A DNA stretch of 64,000 nt from a bacterium (GCA_965261595.1 CBDHDG010000002.1:1-64000); one strand, 5' to 3'; shown: positions 39,485-49,917, numbered from the stretch's first letter. The notes: generated from the sequence alone by a model not told the origin. A program made the numbers and translations.

Positions 39485-40786
39485 TTGGCTCAGATGCCAA
39501 TGTCGAGAGACGAAAAGTTCGAGAAGGTGCAACGCCTCCTCACAGCGCACAGTAAGACCAAGGAGCTGCTGGAAAACGCGCCGGTCACGTGGGAGGTACA
39601 CCCAGGCACCGACATCGCGCGCAATTGGACGGTGATCACCGCTGCGTACAGCGGGCTCGAGCAAACTATGAAGTATCTAATCGCAGAGGAGAACTCCCAG
39701 AGCATCGCAGAATTGATTAAATTTCGGGAGGGCAAGAACCTCCCGTACCAAACACACGACTTGTTGAAACTGTTCTCGAAGCTCGCAGAGCCGACGCAAG
39801 ACGTCGTCCGAGATTTCTACGGGCGATTCCAATCGCTGCATTCGTACATCAGCGAGGAGACTGTGGGTAAGTTCCTGAGTGTGGTCTCAGAGGCGGACGG
39901 ACACGGATATGAACGATGGCGCTATACGCTGATCGAGGACAGACCGCTTCCGAGGAATAGTCCGGAAGCATTGGTGGCCCTCTGGGGGGTATGCGTCCAA
40001 ATCGCACGGGAGAGGGCCTGGGAGAAACCACGGGTACGAATGCCCAACGAGGCACTGTCATGGGAGTTCTGCAATCAGCTTGAGACTCTGGAACAGAACG
40101 TATCCATCGACCGACAAAACGCGGGCGAACCATTCCAAGACATCGCGGGCGAAACCAGGGAATGGCTATGGAGGACCGGGCACCCCCTGAATGCCTTTGC
40201 CGACGTCTTGTGGCACTTCAGCAGATTCAGCGAACACGGCCAAGCCGACGTATCCAAGTGGTTATCGGATGCACTGACAAGGTGGGCACAGGTCGTTCTG
40301 AAGAACCCTGCCATCGCAGGTGCGACATCGCTGCGAGCGTTCGTAAAACGCGCACAAGGCCAGACACCGGACGGACGAAGCATTCGCTGGGACCGGAACG
40401 CCAATCGCTTCGAAGACGTCCCGTGGTCGTTGGAGAACCGCCATCAGGCCGCATTGGCGCCAGACGCCGTCGTGATCGGCGATCCGACGGGAATGCGACT
40501 ACGCATGCTGTGGCAAGCAGCCAAAGGGAGCGGATACCGAGTACTAGAAAACCGGAGCTTCAAAGGCCCGGCGAACGAAGACCGGTGGTTCTGTACAGTG
40601 GAGGTACAAACCGCCGTTGATGGCGATGAGAGACCAATCCTCTCGATATGGGAGAAACGAAATAACGATGAATTTGAATTCTACATGGTAGAGCAATGTT
40701 CACTCGAAGCAATAGACGCAGACATGCGCACATGGATTGAGATGGTCGCGTTGAAGGCTCAACCGAAGGCCAGCTGGGGTGCGTGA
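39485..40786 (+). CDS. Hypothetical protein with possible N-terminal HEPN-like domain
   Basis: 433-aa ORF, lower GC; AAYSGLEQTMKYL...THDLLKLF...YERWRY resembles HEPN pattern E..LK...HDL..L...RY. Confidence 0.5.
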   Translation: MAQMPMSRDEKFEKVQRLLTAHSKTKELLENAPVTWEVHPGTDIARNWTVITAAYSGLEQTMKYLIAEENSQSIAELIKFREGKNLPYQTHDLLKLFSKLAEPTQDVVRDFYGRFQSLHSYISEETVGKFLSVVSEADGHGYERWRYTLIEDRPLPRNSPEALVALWGVCVQIARERAWEKPRVRMPNEALSWEFCNQLETLEQNVSIDRQNAGEPFQDIAGETREWLWRTGHPLNAFADVLWHFSRFSEHGQADVSKWLSDALTRWAQVVLKNPAIAGATSLRAFVKRAQGQTPDGRSIRWDRNANRFEDVPWSLENRHQAALAPDAVVIGDPTGMRLRMLWQAAKGSGYRVLENRSFKGPANEDRWFCTVEVQTAVDGDERPILSIWEKRNNDEFEFYMVEQCSLEAIDADMRTWIEMVALKAQPKASWGA

Positions 40787-40889
40787 AGAGTGGCGGATTA
40801 CCGGCTTCGCCCGCCGTCACGCCTGGGCTCACGTTTACGCCGCCGAAGCGACACACCGCGACGATACTCCCGTAGCGGTCCCGGGTGCA

Positions 40890-40970
40890 TTACTCGCACA
40901 CCCTGCCATTCCCGTCCGCATCACGCATGTAGCGGTAGGCCGGGTACGAGCGCGGGATCGGAGCGATCAC
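40890..40970 (-). pseudogene. Excalibur Ca-binding domain C-terminal fragment
   Basis: VIAPIPRSYPAYRYMRDADGNGRVCE* matches Y...DxDxDG..CE. Confidence 0.65.
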
Positions 40971-41049
40971 GTCCCCCTCCGAGGCGTTGATGCCGCGGGC
41001 CTGTTGAACACTACCTAACGGCGGCATCGTCGGGAACGAAGCCCGCCGG

Positions 41050-41205
41050 CGTTCCTACCGCAGGCGTCCGATCGCATATAGCCATCGGCCTGCTGCGCTG
41101 CGCCTCGACCGTCCAGGTCTTCGCCGTGGCGCCGTCCGCCGCGGTGACCGTCACCGCGATCGACTGCGTCTGTCCCGACGCCACCGCCACCTGGTGGCCG
41201 TTGCC
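41050..41205 (-). pseudogene. Cadherin-like beta-sandwich surface protein fragment
   Basis: QVAVASGQTQSIAVTVTAADGATAKTWTV then ICDRTPAV. Confidence 0.55.
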
Positions 41206-41929
41206 TGTTCGGGTCGTGGCCGTGATTCTGGAGCGCTGCGGCGAGCGAGCGAAACACGGGAGGCGCGTATTCGGGTGCGACGAGCGGCAGGAGGCGGTGC
41301 ACGTTCTGCACCGCGATGGCCTTGTGACCGATCGCACGAAGATCCCGGATGCCGTATCTGAAGAGGAGCTCGGAGAGTTGGTCCGGCGTCGCGAATCGGG
41401 CGAAATCGAGGATAGCGGGATCGACAGCCCCGAGATCCCAGCGATCCAAGGCATCGATCAAGCTTTTTCGGGCCGCCTCCACCGTCCCGGCTACGGGGTC
41501 CGGCCGCGGACCCATCGTCCAGCCGCTCTGGCGGCGCTCCGCTTCCTGGGCGCGCTTAAAATAGTCGAGCGCCCAGAATACCGGTAGCCAGCGCTCCTTG
41601 TCTGGCAGGTTGAGCGCCGTCAGGTGGACGGATTGCAGCGCAAGCACCGTGTGGTACTTGAAGCCGACATCGGGGAAGGGTTGGACACGGCGTGAAGTCG
41701 CGACGGCCAAAGCGGTCAGGGTCCTGCGGTGATCGAGACCGTCCCTGATCAGGCGCGCAAGCTCAGCGGCGACACGTTCGCGGGGTGTTTCTTCCACGAG
41801 GCGATGCAGGGCACCAACCTCGGGAAGAGTTTGTGCCAGACCCAGCCCGCCACTCAAGCTTAGCGCGGCTGCGCTACCGGTGGCGCGCAGAAACATTCGA
41901 CGATCCACGGTGCTCAATATACGGCCCAT
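41206..41929 (-). pseudogene. 5' part of a Tat-exported hypothetical protein
   Basis: DRRMFLRATGSAAAL twin-arginine signal; coding character ends at about 41206. Confidence 0.55.
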
Positions 41930-42106
41930 TTGCAGGCCAGCCCATGACTTTCGCCACCCGTAGCGAGGCGACGCGATCAAGCTGTATTCGGCAAGCAGGT
42001 CTCGTTTTCTATGTCCGGTCTGAAGCGATCCCCCCGGAGGCCCAGTCGTAAGGCTCGGCGCAGCGACGCTTCTCCCGCCCGCGCGAAGCGCGGCCCCGCT
42101 CAACGC

Positions 42107-42245
42107 TCATTTGCTCGCCTCGGTGTTATCGGCTTGCATTGACGTGCCATGCAGCTCGAACCGGATCGCGCCATGGACGAGGCGGTCAAGAATAGCGTCC
42201 GCGAGGGTGGCCTCATTCAGTTGCTGATGCCAGTCGACCAACGGA
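42107..42245 (-). pseudogene. IS21 IstB helper ATPase C-terminal fragment
   Basis: PLVDWHQQLNEATLADAILDRLVHGAIRFELHGTSM. Confidence 0.75.
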
Positions 42246-42640
42246 GAACGCCTACCGGGTTGCCCGGGACATCCGCGACATCGGCCTCGTGACCGCCGAC
42301 GCGATCGCCATGAAGCTCGGCATCGATAAGACGGCCATGGTCCGGCTACGCGCTCTGCGAAGCGACGGACGATGGACATTGTGGGCTGCCGGACGAAGAG
42401 CTCGAAGCGCCCGCAGCCAAACTCCTCGAGGTCCCCGCGGAGCTGATCCGGACCGCGCTGGACCTGGAACTGGCCGACGCCGCGGTGGTCGCCGACTCGG
42501 TGGCAGACACGCACTGCATATTCCTTGGCGGCCTGTACCGAGCCGGGTGCGCGATCACCGGTCGTCTTCTCGATATTGCCGCCGGCAAGCCCCCCTGGCC
42601 CTAGATCGACCCGGATAAGGCGCTGCCTCGGGTCAGCCCC
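42243..42640 (+). pseudogene. RecD2-like helicase internal fragment
   Basis: ENAYRVARDIRDIGLVTADAIAMKLGIDK...DDGHCGLP...LLEVPAEL; broken frames and internal stop. Confidence 0.7.
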
Positions 42641-42655
42641 AATACTGCCGGAGAA

Positions 42656-44131
42656 TTATTGCCGGTCGAAAACTGCCTCGAAGCTTGCGAGGGCAGATCG
42701 AAGGTTCTCCATGACCTCTTCAGCCAGCACTTCCGGTTCTGGAAGGTTTTGAAGGTCGGTCATCGAAGAATCGCGGAGCCAGAAGACGTCCAGGCTTGCT
42801 TTGTCGCGCGCCAATAGTTCCTCGCGAGCAAATGTCCGCCAGCGACCATCCGGTGTCTCGTCGCTCCAGGTCGGCTTGCGTTCATGCCGGTTGCCAGGAT
42901 TGTAGCAGGTTACGAAATCCTCGAGGTGGCCATAGGTCAGGGGCTTTTGTTTCAACGTGTGATGAACGTTGGTCCGATAGTCGTAATACCAAACCTTGGA
43001 CGTCTGCGGGTCAGGGCTGGCGGCTCGGTTGTCAAAGAAGATGACATTCGCTTTCACGCCCTGGGCATAGAATATCCCCGTAGGCAGCCGAAGGATCGTG
43101 TGCAGGTCGGTCGTCTGAAGCAGTTTCCGACGGATTATCTCGCCGGCACCACCCTCGAACAGCACATTGTCCGGAATGACGATGGCAGCGCGGCCCGTCG
43201 TCTTGAGCATCGTCTTGCTATGCTGGACGAAGTTCAGCTGCTTGTTCGAGGTTGTCGCCCAGAAATCCTGACGGTTGTAGGTCAGGTCATCTGTTTCATG
43301 CTCCCCTTCGGCATTCGTGAAGCTCATTGAGCTCTTCTTTCCGAAAGGCGGATTTGCCAACACGTAGTCGAAGGTGTCGGATGGTGGAGAAACCAAAGCA
43401 TCGGCGGGGGAAACCAGCGTCTCGCCTGTCATTTTGCCGATTCCATGCAGGAACATGTTCATCAGGCAGAGCCGCCGCGTCCCGGCAACGATTTCGTTGC
43501 CGTAGAATGTCGAGTGCTTGAGGAACGCTCTCTGATCCTTGTCGAGCGAGAAATTCTCTGCATCGGTCAGGAAGTCGTGTACGGCGAGAAAGAACCCGCC
43601 CGTGCCGCAAGCGGGATCGGTAATTGTCTTTCCGGGCTCGGGACGGACGCATTCTACCATTGCGCGGATCAGGGCGCGTGGAGTGAAATATTGGCCTGCG
43701 CCGGACTTTGTATCCTCAGCGTTGCGTTCCAGCAGCCTCTCGTAGATGTCGCCCTTGACATCAGCGTCCAGCGTCACCCATTTGGTGCCGTCTACCATAT
43801 CGATGAGGCGGTAGAGCTTGGCTCGATCGGTAATCTTATTCTGCGCCTTCGTGAAGATCTGGCCGAGCATACCTTTCTGTTCACCCAGCTTACGCAGGAG
43901 CATAATGTAATGAGGCTCAAGCTCCGCGCCCCTCCGGGTGGTCAGGCTGGTCCAATCGCAACCCACTGGGATATCTACGTCACGATTGTAGGGTGGTTCG
44001 GCGTATTCGTACGCCATCTTGAGGAAAATGAGGTAGGTCAGCTGCTCGAGGTAGTCGCCATAACCCACGCCGTCGTCGCGCAGCGTAGTACAGAAGCTCC
44101 AGACTTTCGAAATGATTGACTCTGTGTTCAC
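42656..44131 (-). CDS. hsdM: Type I RM methyltransferase subunit
   Basis: YLEQLTYLIFLKM, GQYFTPR, DPACGTGGF, LANPPFG, LRLPTGIFYAQGV; start abuts IS1380 end. Confidence 0.93.
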   Translation of the reverse strand: MNTESIISKVWSFCTTLRDDGVGYGDYLEQLTYLIFLKMAYEYAEPPYNRDVDIPVGCDWTSLTTRRGAELEPHYIMLLRKLGEQKGMLGQIFTKAQNKITDRAKLYRLIDMVDGTKWVTLDADVKGDIYERLLERNAEDTKSGAGQYFTPRALIRAMVECVRPEPGKTITDPACGTGGFFLAVHDFLTDAENFSLDKDQRAFLKHSTFYGNEIVAGTRRLCLMNMFLHGIGKMTGETLVSPADALVSPPSDTFDYVLANPPFGKKSSMSFTNAEGEHETDDLTYNRQDFWATTSNKQLNFVQHSKTMLKTTGRAAIVIPDNVLFEGGAGEIIRRKLLQTTDLHTILRLPTGIFYAQGVKANVIFFDNRAASPDPQTSKVWYYDYRTNVHHTLKQKPLTYGHLEDFVTCYNPGNRHERKPTWSDETPDGRWRTFAREELLARDKASLDVFWLRDSSMTDLQNLPEPEVLAEEVMENLRSALASFEAVFDRQ

Positions 44132-44847
44132 CCGCATTTCCCATATGGATGATAATTTTTAACGCCCCGAAGGCCGTTTTCTCGTGTAAAATCAAGGTGT
44201 TGGCCTCTCCCTGCCATCATCTTGCGAGGGGACCCGATGGGTGAAGCGAAAAAGAGGCCGTTGAGGCTCCAATTCGACGGTCGGCTCAGGCTGGAGTTTC
44301 ACGGAGCAAAGGTTACGAGTGACGCCGGTTTGCTTGCCTATCGTGAACTGGATGAGGTGTTGGGGCTGACGAAGGCGGCCGAGGGGTTTCTGTCCGATTC
44401 ACGGACGGGCGGGAACACCCGGCACAGCCTCACCGCTTTGGTGCGCCAGTCGGTCTACAGCCGCCTGGCAGGATATAAAGACACCAATGATGCCGAGCGG
44501 CTCTGTGTCGATCCCGCCATGCGTCAGGTGGTTGGGGGGCGAGCGAAGTATCACACCGCTGCCTCCACCAGCCAGATGAGCCGATTCGAGACGCAGACCC
44601 TCACCCGGCCCCTTAACCCCTCAAGGCGCTGAGCGGTCTGCCCGGTGTGTTGGTGGATCGTGTCCGCAAACGCAAGCCGATTCGCAAGCTGATCCTGGAC
44701 ATGGACAGTTCGGTCAGCCCGACCCACGGTGAGCAGGAAGGCTCTTCCTACAACGGCCACTTCGGCTGCACCTGCTATCACCCACTGTTTTGCTTCAACC
44801 AGTTTGGCGATCTGGAGCGGGCGCTGTTGCGCAACGGCAAGGTCCAC
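44131..44847 (+). mobile_element. Truncated IS1380-family element (diverged from 27210-28890)
   Basis: IR CCCGCATTTCCCAT at 44131; transposase from 44237 ([16 protein letters not shown]), frameshift about 44620, cut by IS3. Confidence 0.88.
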
Positions 44848-46252
44848 TCCCCCGCTCTAGGGTTTTGTTGGACACTCGATTGATCCATGATTCATGGAGA
44901 AAGGGGTGTCGCGATGAACGAACAAAAGCAAGAGGGGGCTTTGGCGGAGGGCGCCCGCAGGGCGAACGGAGCCAAGGCCCCAGGGCATCGCAGTGAGCGG
45001 GGTCGGTTCTCCTGCCAGGCGCAAGCGGGAGGCGGTCCTGCGTCTTTTGCGGGGCGAGAGCCTGGAGACGCTCTGCCGCGAGTTGGGCACGACAGCGGCT
45101 CGGCTTTCCGCCTGGTGCGAGGCGTTCCTTCGCGGGGGCGAGGCGGCGCTCAAAGCCCGCCCGGCGGATGAGCGGGACGAGGAGAACGCCCGGCTCAAGG
45201 CCAAGGTGGGTGAACTCACGATGGAGGGCGAGGTCCTGCGGGAGAAGATCGACCGCCTGGAGGCCGGCCGCCCTTTAGCCGGCAGGAGGTGGAGGCGATG
45301 AGTCAGGCCCGCTTCACCTCCACGGGCAGAGCCTACGGCCTGAAGCGGGTGTGCGCCCTTTGGGGCTTGGCGCGCTCCACGGTCTACGCGCAACGGCGGC
45401 GAGAGGCGGTCCCCGTTCATGAACGCCCCACGCCCAATAAGCGCGGCCCTGTGGGCCCGTGCACCGATGCGGAACTCCTCGGCCACATCCGGCAGGTCCT
45501 GGAGGACTCTCCCTTCCATGGCGAGGGCTACCGCAAGGTGTGGGCGAGGCTGCGCTTCGCGGGCATCCGCACCAGCAAGGAGCGGATGCGTCGCCTGATG
45601 CGGGAGGCGGGGCTTCAGGCCCCCCACCGGGTGGGCAAACCCCGAGGTCCCAAGGCCCACAACGGGACCATCCGCACCGAGCGGCCCGACCGAATGTGGG
45701 GCACGCACATGACGACGACGGTGACCACCGAGGAGGGGATGGCCTCGGTGTTCGTGGCGGTGGATCACTGCTCGGTGGACTGCGTGGGGATCCATGCGGC
45801 CAAGAGCGGCAACCGCTTCGAGGCCCTGGAGCCGATCCGGCAGGGGGTCGCCGAGCGCTTCGCCGGCTTGGAGGCGGACGTCGCCGAGGGGCTTAAAGTT
45901 CGTCACGACCACGGCCCCGCCTATCTGTCCGATGACTTTCAGCGGGAGATCGCCTACCTGGGCATGACCAGTTCGCCCAGCTTCGTGCGGGCGCCCGAGG
46001 GAAATGGCTACTGTGAGTGGTTCATCCGCATCTTGAAGGAGAATCTCCTGTGGGTGCGCTCTTTCGCCACCGTAGAGGAACTGCGGTGGGCGCTGCTTGA
46101 GTTCAAGAACCTGTACAACCATCATTGGATTCTCGAGGGCTACGGCTACCGAACGCCGGCCCAGGCAAGGCAGGAAAAACTCGCTCAAGTTGCGGAGGCC
46201 GCATGAGGTCGAATACCCTCACCCGAGTGTCCAATAACCCAGGGGCGGTCCA
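44848..46252 (+). mobile_element. IS3-family element copy 2 (1405 bp), probably inactive
   Basis: Near identical to 13178-14581; extra G near 45018 frameshifts orfA; orfB WGTDMT->WGTHMT. Confidence 0.9.
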
Positions 46253-46903
46253 CAGCTTATCTGCGTTTTGCGTGCGCCAGTCGGTGGTGAGGCGGCCTAG
46301 ATACGCAGATGTCAGCAGGGATTGGCGGTAGAGGGCAAGGGTGGTTTTCGCCGTTTGCAGGCTCTTGACCCCCTTGTCGATCTCGTCGAACAGCGCCTCG
46401 ATCTTCCCCACGATTCGGCGTTGTTCGTTGGTGGGGGCGATTGGTACGGGTAGAACGCCGAACGCTGACCCTGAAAGCTCTTTGAAAGTGGTGCCGGTCG
46501 CGCGTTGCTCGGCCAGTTCCTTGGACGCTTTGAGGTAGTGATACAGGTATTCATTGAAAATGCCGGAGCACGGTACGACAGATTTGAAGCCCTGATTTGT
46601 TGCTGCCGGTTCAGTATTGATGGCGACGTATCCCACTGGTGCACGGGACGAAAACATCACGCTTCCGGCTGGCATTATCCGAGCGGATGAATTTGCAAGG
46701 CCTTCCTCGGTCAGCGTCTTTGCGCCGCGCGCTATGAATTTTTGTTTGTAGCCAGTGAGATCGGATGGTGCGAACCAGATAACATCGCCGTCCCAATACT
46801 CCCGTTGTTTCGTCGAGGGCGTGCCGCCGGAAACGACGTTCCCGAGTTCCTTGATTACCGTCCATTCCCAAGTCAAAGGGATTTCCCATAAACACTCCGT
46901 CAT
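46253..46903 (-). pseudogene. hsdS: Type I RM specificity subunit truncated after first TRD and central conserved region
   Basis: WEIPLTWEW, SGGTPST, SSRAPVG, TNQGFKS, GTTFKELS, PTNEQRRIV..IEALF, SLLTSAYLGRLT; then IS3. Confidence 0.88.
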
Positions 46904-47335
46904 GCCGAGAGCGCCTCATTCATCTCGGTTATGATTTCGTCCATCACGTCGCCAAAGTGCGCGTACATCTGCCCCAGCCCGGCCTGGCCGTCAAAGGGGG
47001 CCATTTCCAGATCGTCGCGCTCGATGGTGAAGGAGGTGGCGAGGTGGTCGCGGATCATGCGCAGCCAGTCCATCTGCTCCTCGGTGAATTTCTCGCCTGC
47101 GCCGGAGTGCCGTTTCAGTATCCAGTTCTGAAAGTTGCGCCGCACGCGGTCGGAATGCCGCGTGAGCGACTGGTCGAGCCCGGTGACTCGTCGGATGAGC
47201 GCGACCAGCGCGGTGAGGTCTCCGGCAGGGGTGTCGCCCTTGTAATCGTCGAGATGCGCATAGGCGCCAGACGGTAAGCGGGGCGAGGCGACGGCGATCC
47301 TCGGTCAGTTTCTTCAGCACGTCCTTGCCACATAT
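46900..47335 (-). pseudogene. hsdR: Type I RM restriction subunit C-terminal remnant
   Basis: LTALVALIRRVTG...FTEEQMDWLRMIRDHLATS...PFDGQAGLG; overlaps hsdS start; no 5' part. Confidence 0.78.
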
Positions 47336-47647
47336 GCAATCGGGCATCCAAGCGGGGAGCGACCAAGCCTGCAACACGGCGGCCCTGCAGGGTTTTCCGA
47401 TCAGCAGCGTAGTAGCGCTCAAAACGGCGGTCATCGTATCGGAATCGGCTGGATTCCATGCCCGTAGCGTGCATGGCGTCGATGGTCGCGATCAAGGGTG
47501 ACCAGACAGTCACGGGCACCCCGCCAAAGTCGACATGGCTTGTGCCGGAAACCGTTGTTCTTCGCCCCAGGTACATGTTCCTGCCTTATTTGCCATCTTG
47601 AAGGTAGCGGTGTCGGCATTCGCCCGTCAACCCGTTGTGTCCCCTTG

Positions 47648-47875
47648 TGTCAGTAGCACAAGGTATGTCCGGAATGTGTAGCACGCGATATGTCCGGTTT
47701 CTTGAAGCGTTCCAAGGAACCGGGGGTATCGATGGATCCGGAGATACGGATTGTGCGCATAGCAGAAGCATTGGGCCGCTATGGCAGCGGCGCGTTGAGC
47801 TGTCTGGAGGCGGCGGAGGTCTTGGGGATGTCGGAGCGTCATTTTCGCCGGCTTCGCGACCGCTACGAGGCCGCC
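47648..47875 (+). mobile_element. Left-end remnant of ISNCY/IS481-like element
   Basis: TGT end, direct repeats GTAGCAC-N4-TATGTCCGG (47653, 47678), HTH LSCLEAAEVLGMSERHFRRLRDRYEA. Confidence 0.7.
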
Positions 47876-47982
47876 GTTGCGCCGGGACATTCAGGATCGC
47901 CGTCATCGCACCGAAAGCGTCCGGTTTCAACATCCAGGCTCCCCTGGTCCTCGCTTGACCCTGATCCACGTCTATTCCCAGT

Positions 47983-48270
47983 TCACGACGTGTTGCCGTC
48001 ACTCACGGCATCCTTGAGCGCCTTGCCCGCCTTGAACGCCGGCGCGGTCGAGGCCGGTATCGACAGGCTCTCGCCGGTCTGCGGGTTGCGCCCGGTACGA
48101 GCCGGACGGTTTCTTCTTCCGAAGGTTCCGAATCCCGCGATCCTCACTTCCTCGCCATTTGCCAGGGCCTCGCCCACCGCCTCGAACACAGCCTCCACCG
48201 CGTTCCCGGACGCCGACTGGCTCAAGCCGATCCGGTCTGCCACACGACCGGCGAGGTCCGACTTCTTCAT
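47983..48270 (-). CDS. HU family DNA-binding protein
   Basis: MKKSDL...VRIAGFGTF...RTGRNPQTGE..IPAS..PAFKAGKALKDAV. Confidence 0.95.
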   Translation of the reverse strand: MKKSDLAGRVADRIGLSQSASGNAVEAVFEAVGEALANGEEVRIAGFGTFGRRNRPARTGRNPQTGESLSIPASTAPAFKAGKALKDAVSDGNTS

Positions 48271-48546
48271 GCGGTCACTCCCCAAAGATACGTCCTGCGC
48301 ACCCGCCGCTTTGTCGTTCGATCGACCGACCGCCAGCGCGCCTTTCACAGGTAACACGAAACACTGGCTGCATCGATCTGGTTCGGGATCGGCACACCTG
48401 GCCCTTCCCTTGCCGGCCAGCGCTCCCGGTTCATCGGTCGCCGCGTGTCCGCAGCCAGCCTTCAGGAGTTCGCGGCCGGCGTCGTCCGGGCGAACCCGAG
48501 GGCCGGAGAACGGTCCTCCTGCGCCACCGCCCGGGAGACAGCCGCC

Positions 48547-48786
48547 ATGACCACCAACATTACAGAAGACCATCGCCGCGCGTTCGAGGCCCTGACAACG
48601 GGCAAGGCCGGGAACTTCTGCCTGTTTTCCTGTTTCCTTTCGGGCCGGCCCGCGGCCGCGATCGCCGCCGTGACCGTCTGCCCGCCCAGGGAGGAGGGCA
48701 GCGAACCTGAATACGTCATTTCTCCGCTGTTCAGTTCGATTGCCGACGACATGGTCCTGACCGACCACGACGGCCGCCAGGCATGA
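48547..48786 (+). CDS. Small hypothetical (DUF6117-like) protein
   Basis: GGAG RBS; ITEDHRRAFEAL..NFCLFSCF..YVISPLF; ATGA overlap with next gene. Confidence 0.55.
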   Translation: MTTNITEDHRRAFEALTTGKAGNFCLFSCFLSGRPAAAIAAVTVCPPREEGSEPEYVISPLFSSIADDMVLTDHDGRQA

Positions 48787-49575
48787 ACGCGCGGCCCCGC
48801 AGACGCCGGGATCCCGCCCTCGAAGTCCCGGTGCCGCCCGAATGCCGGGAGATGATCCGGCGCGGTGCGCTGGTGTCGGTCTCGACGTCGGGAGGCAAGG
48901 ATTCGCAGGCCATGACGATCCTGCTCGCGCGCATTGTCCCGCGGCATCAGCTCGTGGCGGTTCACGCGCCCCTTGGCGAGGTCGAGTGGCCCGGCACGGT
49001 CGCCAATATCGAGGCGACAATTCCCGAGGGCGTGCCGCTGATCCTTGCCCCCGTTACGTCCGGCAAGTTGCTGCTCGATCGCATAGAGGAACGTGGCCGC
49101 TTCCCATCTCCGTCAGTGAGGTGGTGTACGAGCACGCTTAAACGCGGGCCGATCCAGCGCGAATTGCGCCGCTATCTTAGCGCCCATCCACAATACGGGG
49201 GGGCGGTTGATCAAAGCGATGGGCATGCGCGCCGACGAAAGCCCCGCACGGCCCCGGAAAATCCCCTGGCGGCGTAACGACCGTATGAGCGTCGCTGGGC
49301 GCGAGGTCTTCGACTGGCTGCCGGTCTACGACCTTTCCACCGACGATGTCTTCCGAGTCATCCACGATGCCGGCCAGTCACCGCACTGGATCTACGAGCA
49401 CCTGCCCAGGTGTTCCTGTGCGTTTTGCATATTCTCGTCACCTGAACAGCTGCGCTGCGCGGCCGAACTCCGGCCCGAACTCTACCGCAGGTACGCGGAG
49501 CTTGAGAGACGCATCGGCCACACGCTGTCGCCGTCGCGCGTGCCCTTGACCCAGCTCACGGGCATCCCCCTGTAG
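48783..49575 (+). CDS. PAPS-reductase-family protein, +1 frameshift in G7 run 49197-49203
   Basis: STSGGKDS PP-loop, RWCTSTLKRGP; second frame GMRADES..R, PHWIY..RCSCAFCI. Confidence 0.85.
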
Positions 49576-49632
49576 CCAGCCGCTGTGGCGGGCCTGAGCA
49601 ACGTGGCCGGCTCGCTCCAGTCATCACGCTGG

Positions 49633-49917
49633 TCAGCCGGGCCTTCCCCTCGAAATCAGGATGTCGCGGAGATGGTCGACGATCGCCATCGTCGCCGCCA
49701 CTTCCGCTTCCTGCGGCAGGTCCCCCTCGATCTCGCCTTCGGCGCGCCTGACGGTCGCCTCGAGCCGGTCCAGCATGTCGCGGATCTCCTCGATCGAGAA
49801 CACGCCTTTTTCGATCAGCCCGTCCATCACGGCGGCCATCACATTACCCATTCCCTTCGCGGCGGCGCCGGCCATCTGGATCCCGGCTTTCGCGAGTTCC
49901 CGATCCCATTGGTCCAT
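49633..49917 (-). CDS. Hypothetical helical protein
   Basis: GGGAGAG RBS, 94 aa MDQWDRELAKAG...LIEKGVFSIEEI. Confidence 0.55.
   Translation of the reverse strand: MDQWDRELAKAGIQMAGAAAKGMGNVMAAVMDGLIEKGVFSIEEIRDMLDRLEATVRRAEGEIEGDLPQEAEVAATMAIVDHLRDILISRGRPG

Noticed and set aside
41002..41011. TGTTGAACA as partner arm site of the 36155 repeats
   Set aside because: Single short match with no second repeat or shared core; could be chance.
34880..42650. Integron with cassette array
   Set aside because: The integrases have arm-binding domains and no IntI-type insertion; no repeated attC sites seen between fragments.
13178..46252. Composite transposon bounded by the two IS3 copies
   Set aside because: Outer flanks (GCAA / CAGC) share no duplication, and the hsd locus continues across copy 2 (hsdS outside, hsdM inside), so the copies inserted independently.
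48783..49575. DndC/phosphorothioation system
   Set aside because: No dnd or ssp partner genes nearby; the short PAPS-reductase-like gene is a common mobile-element type.
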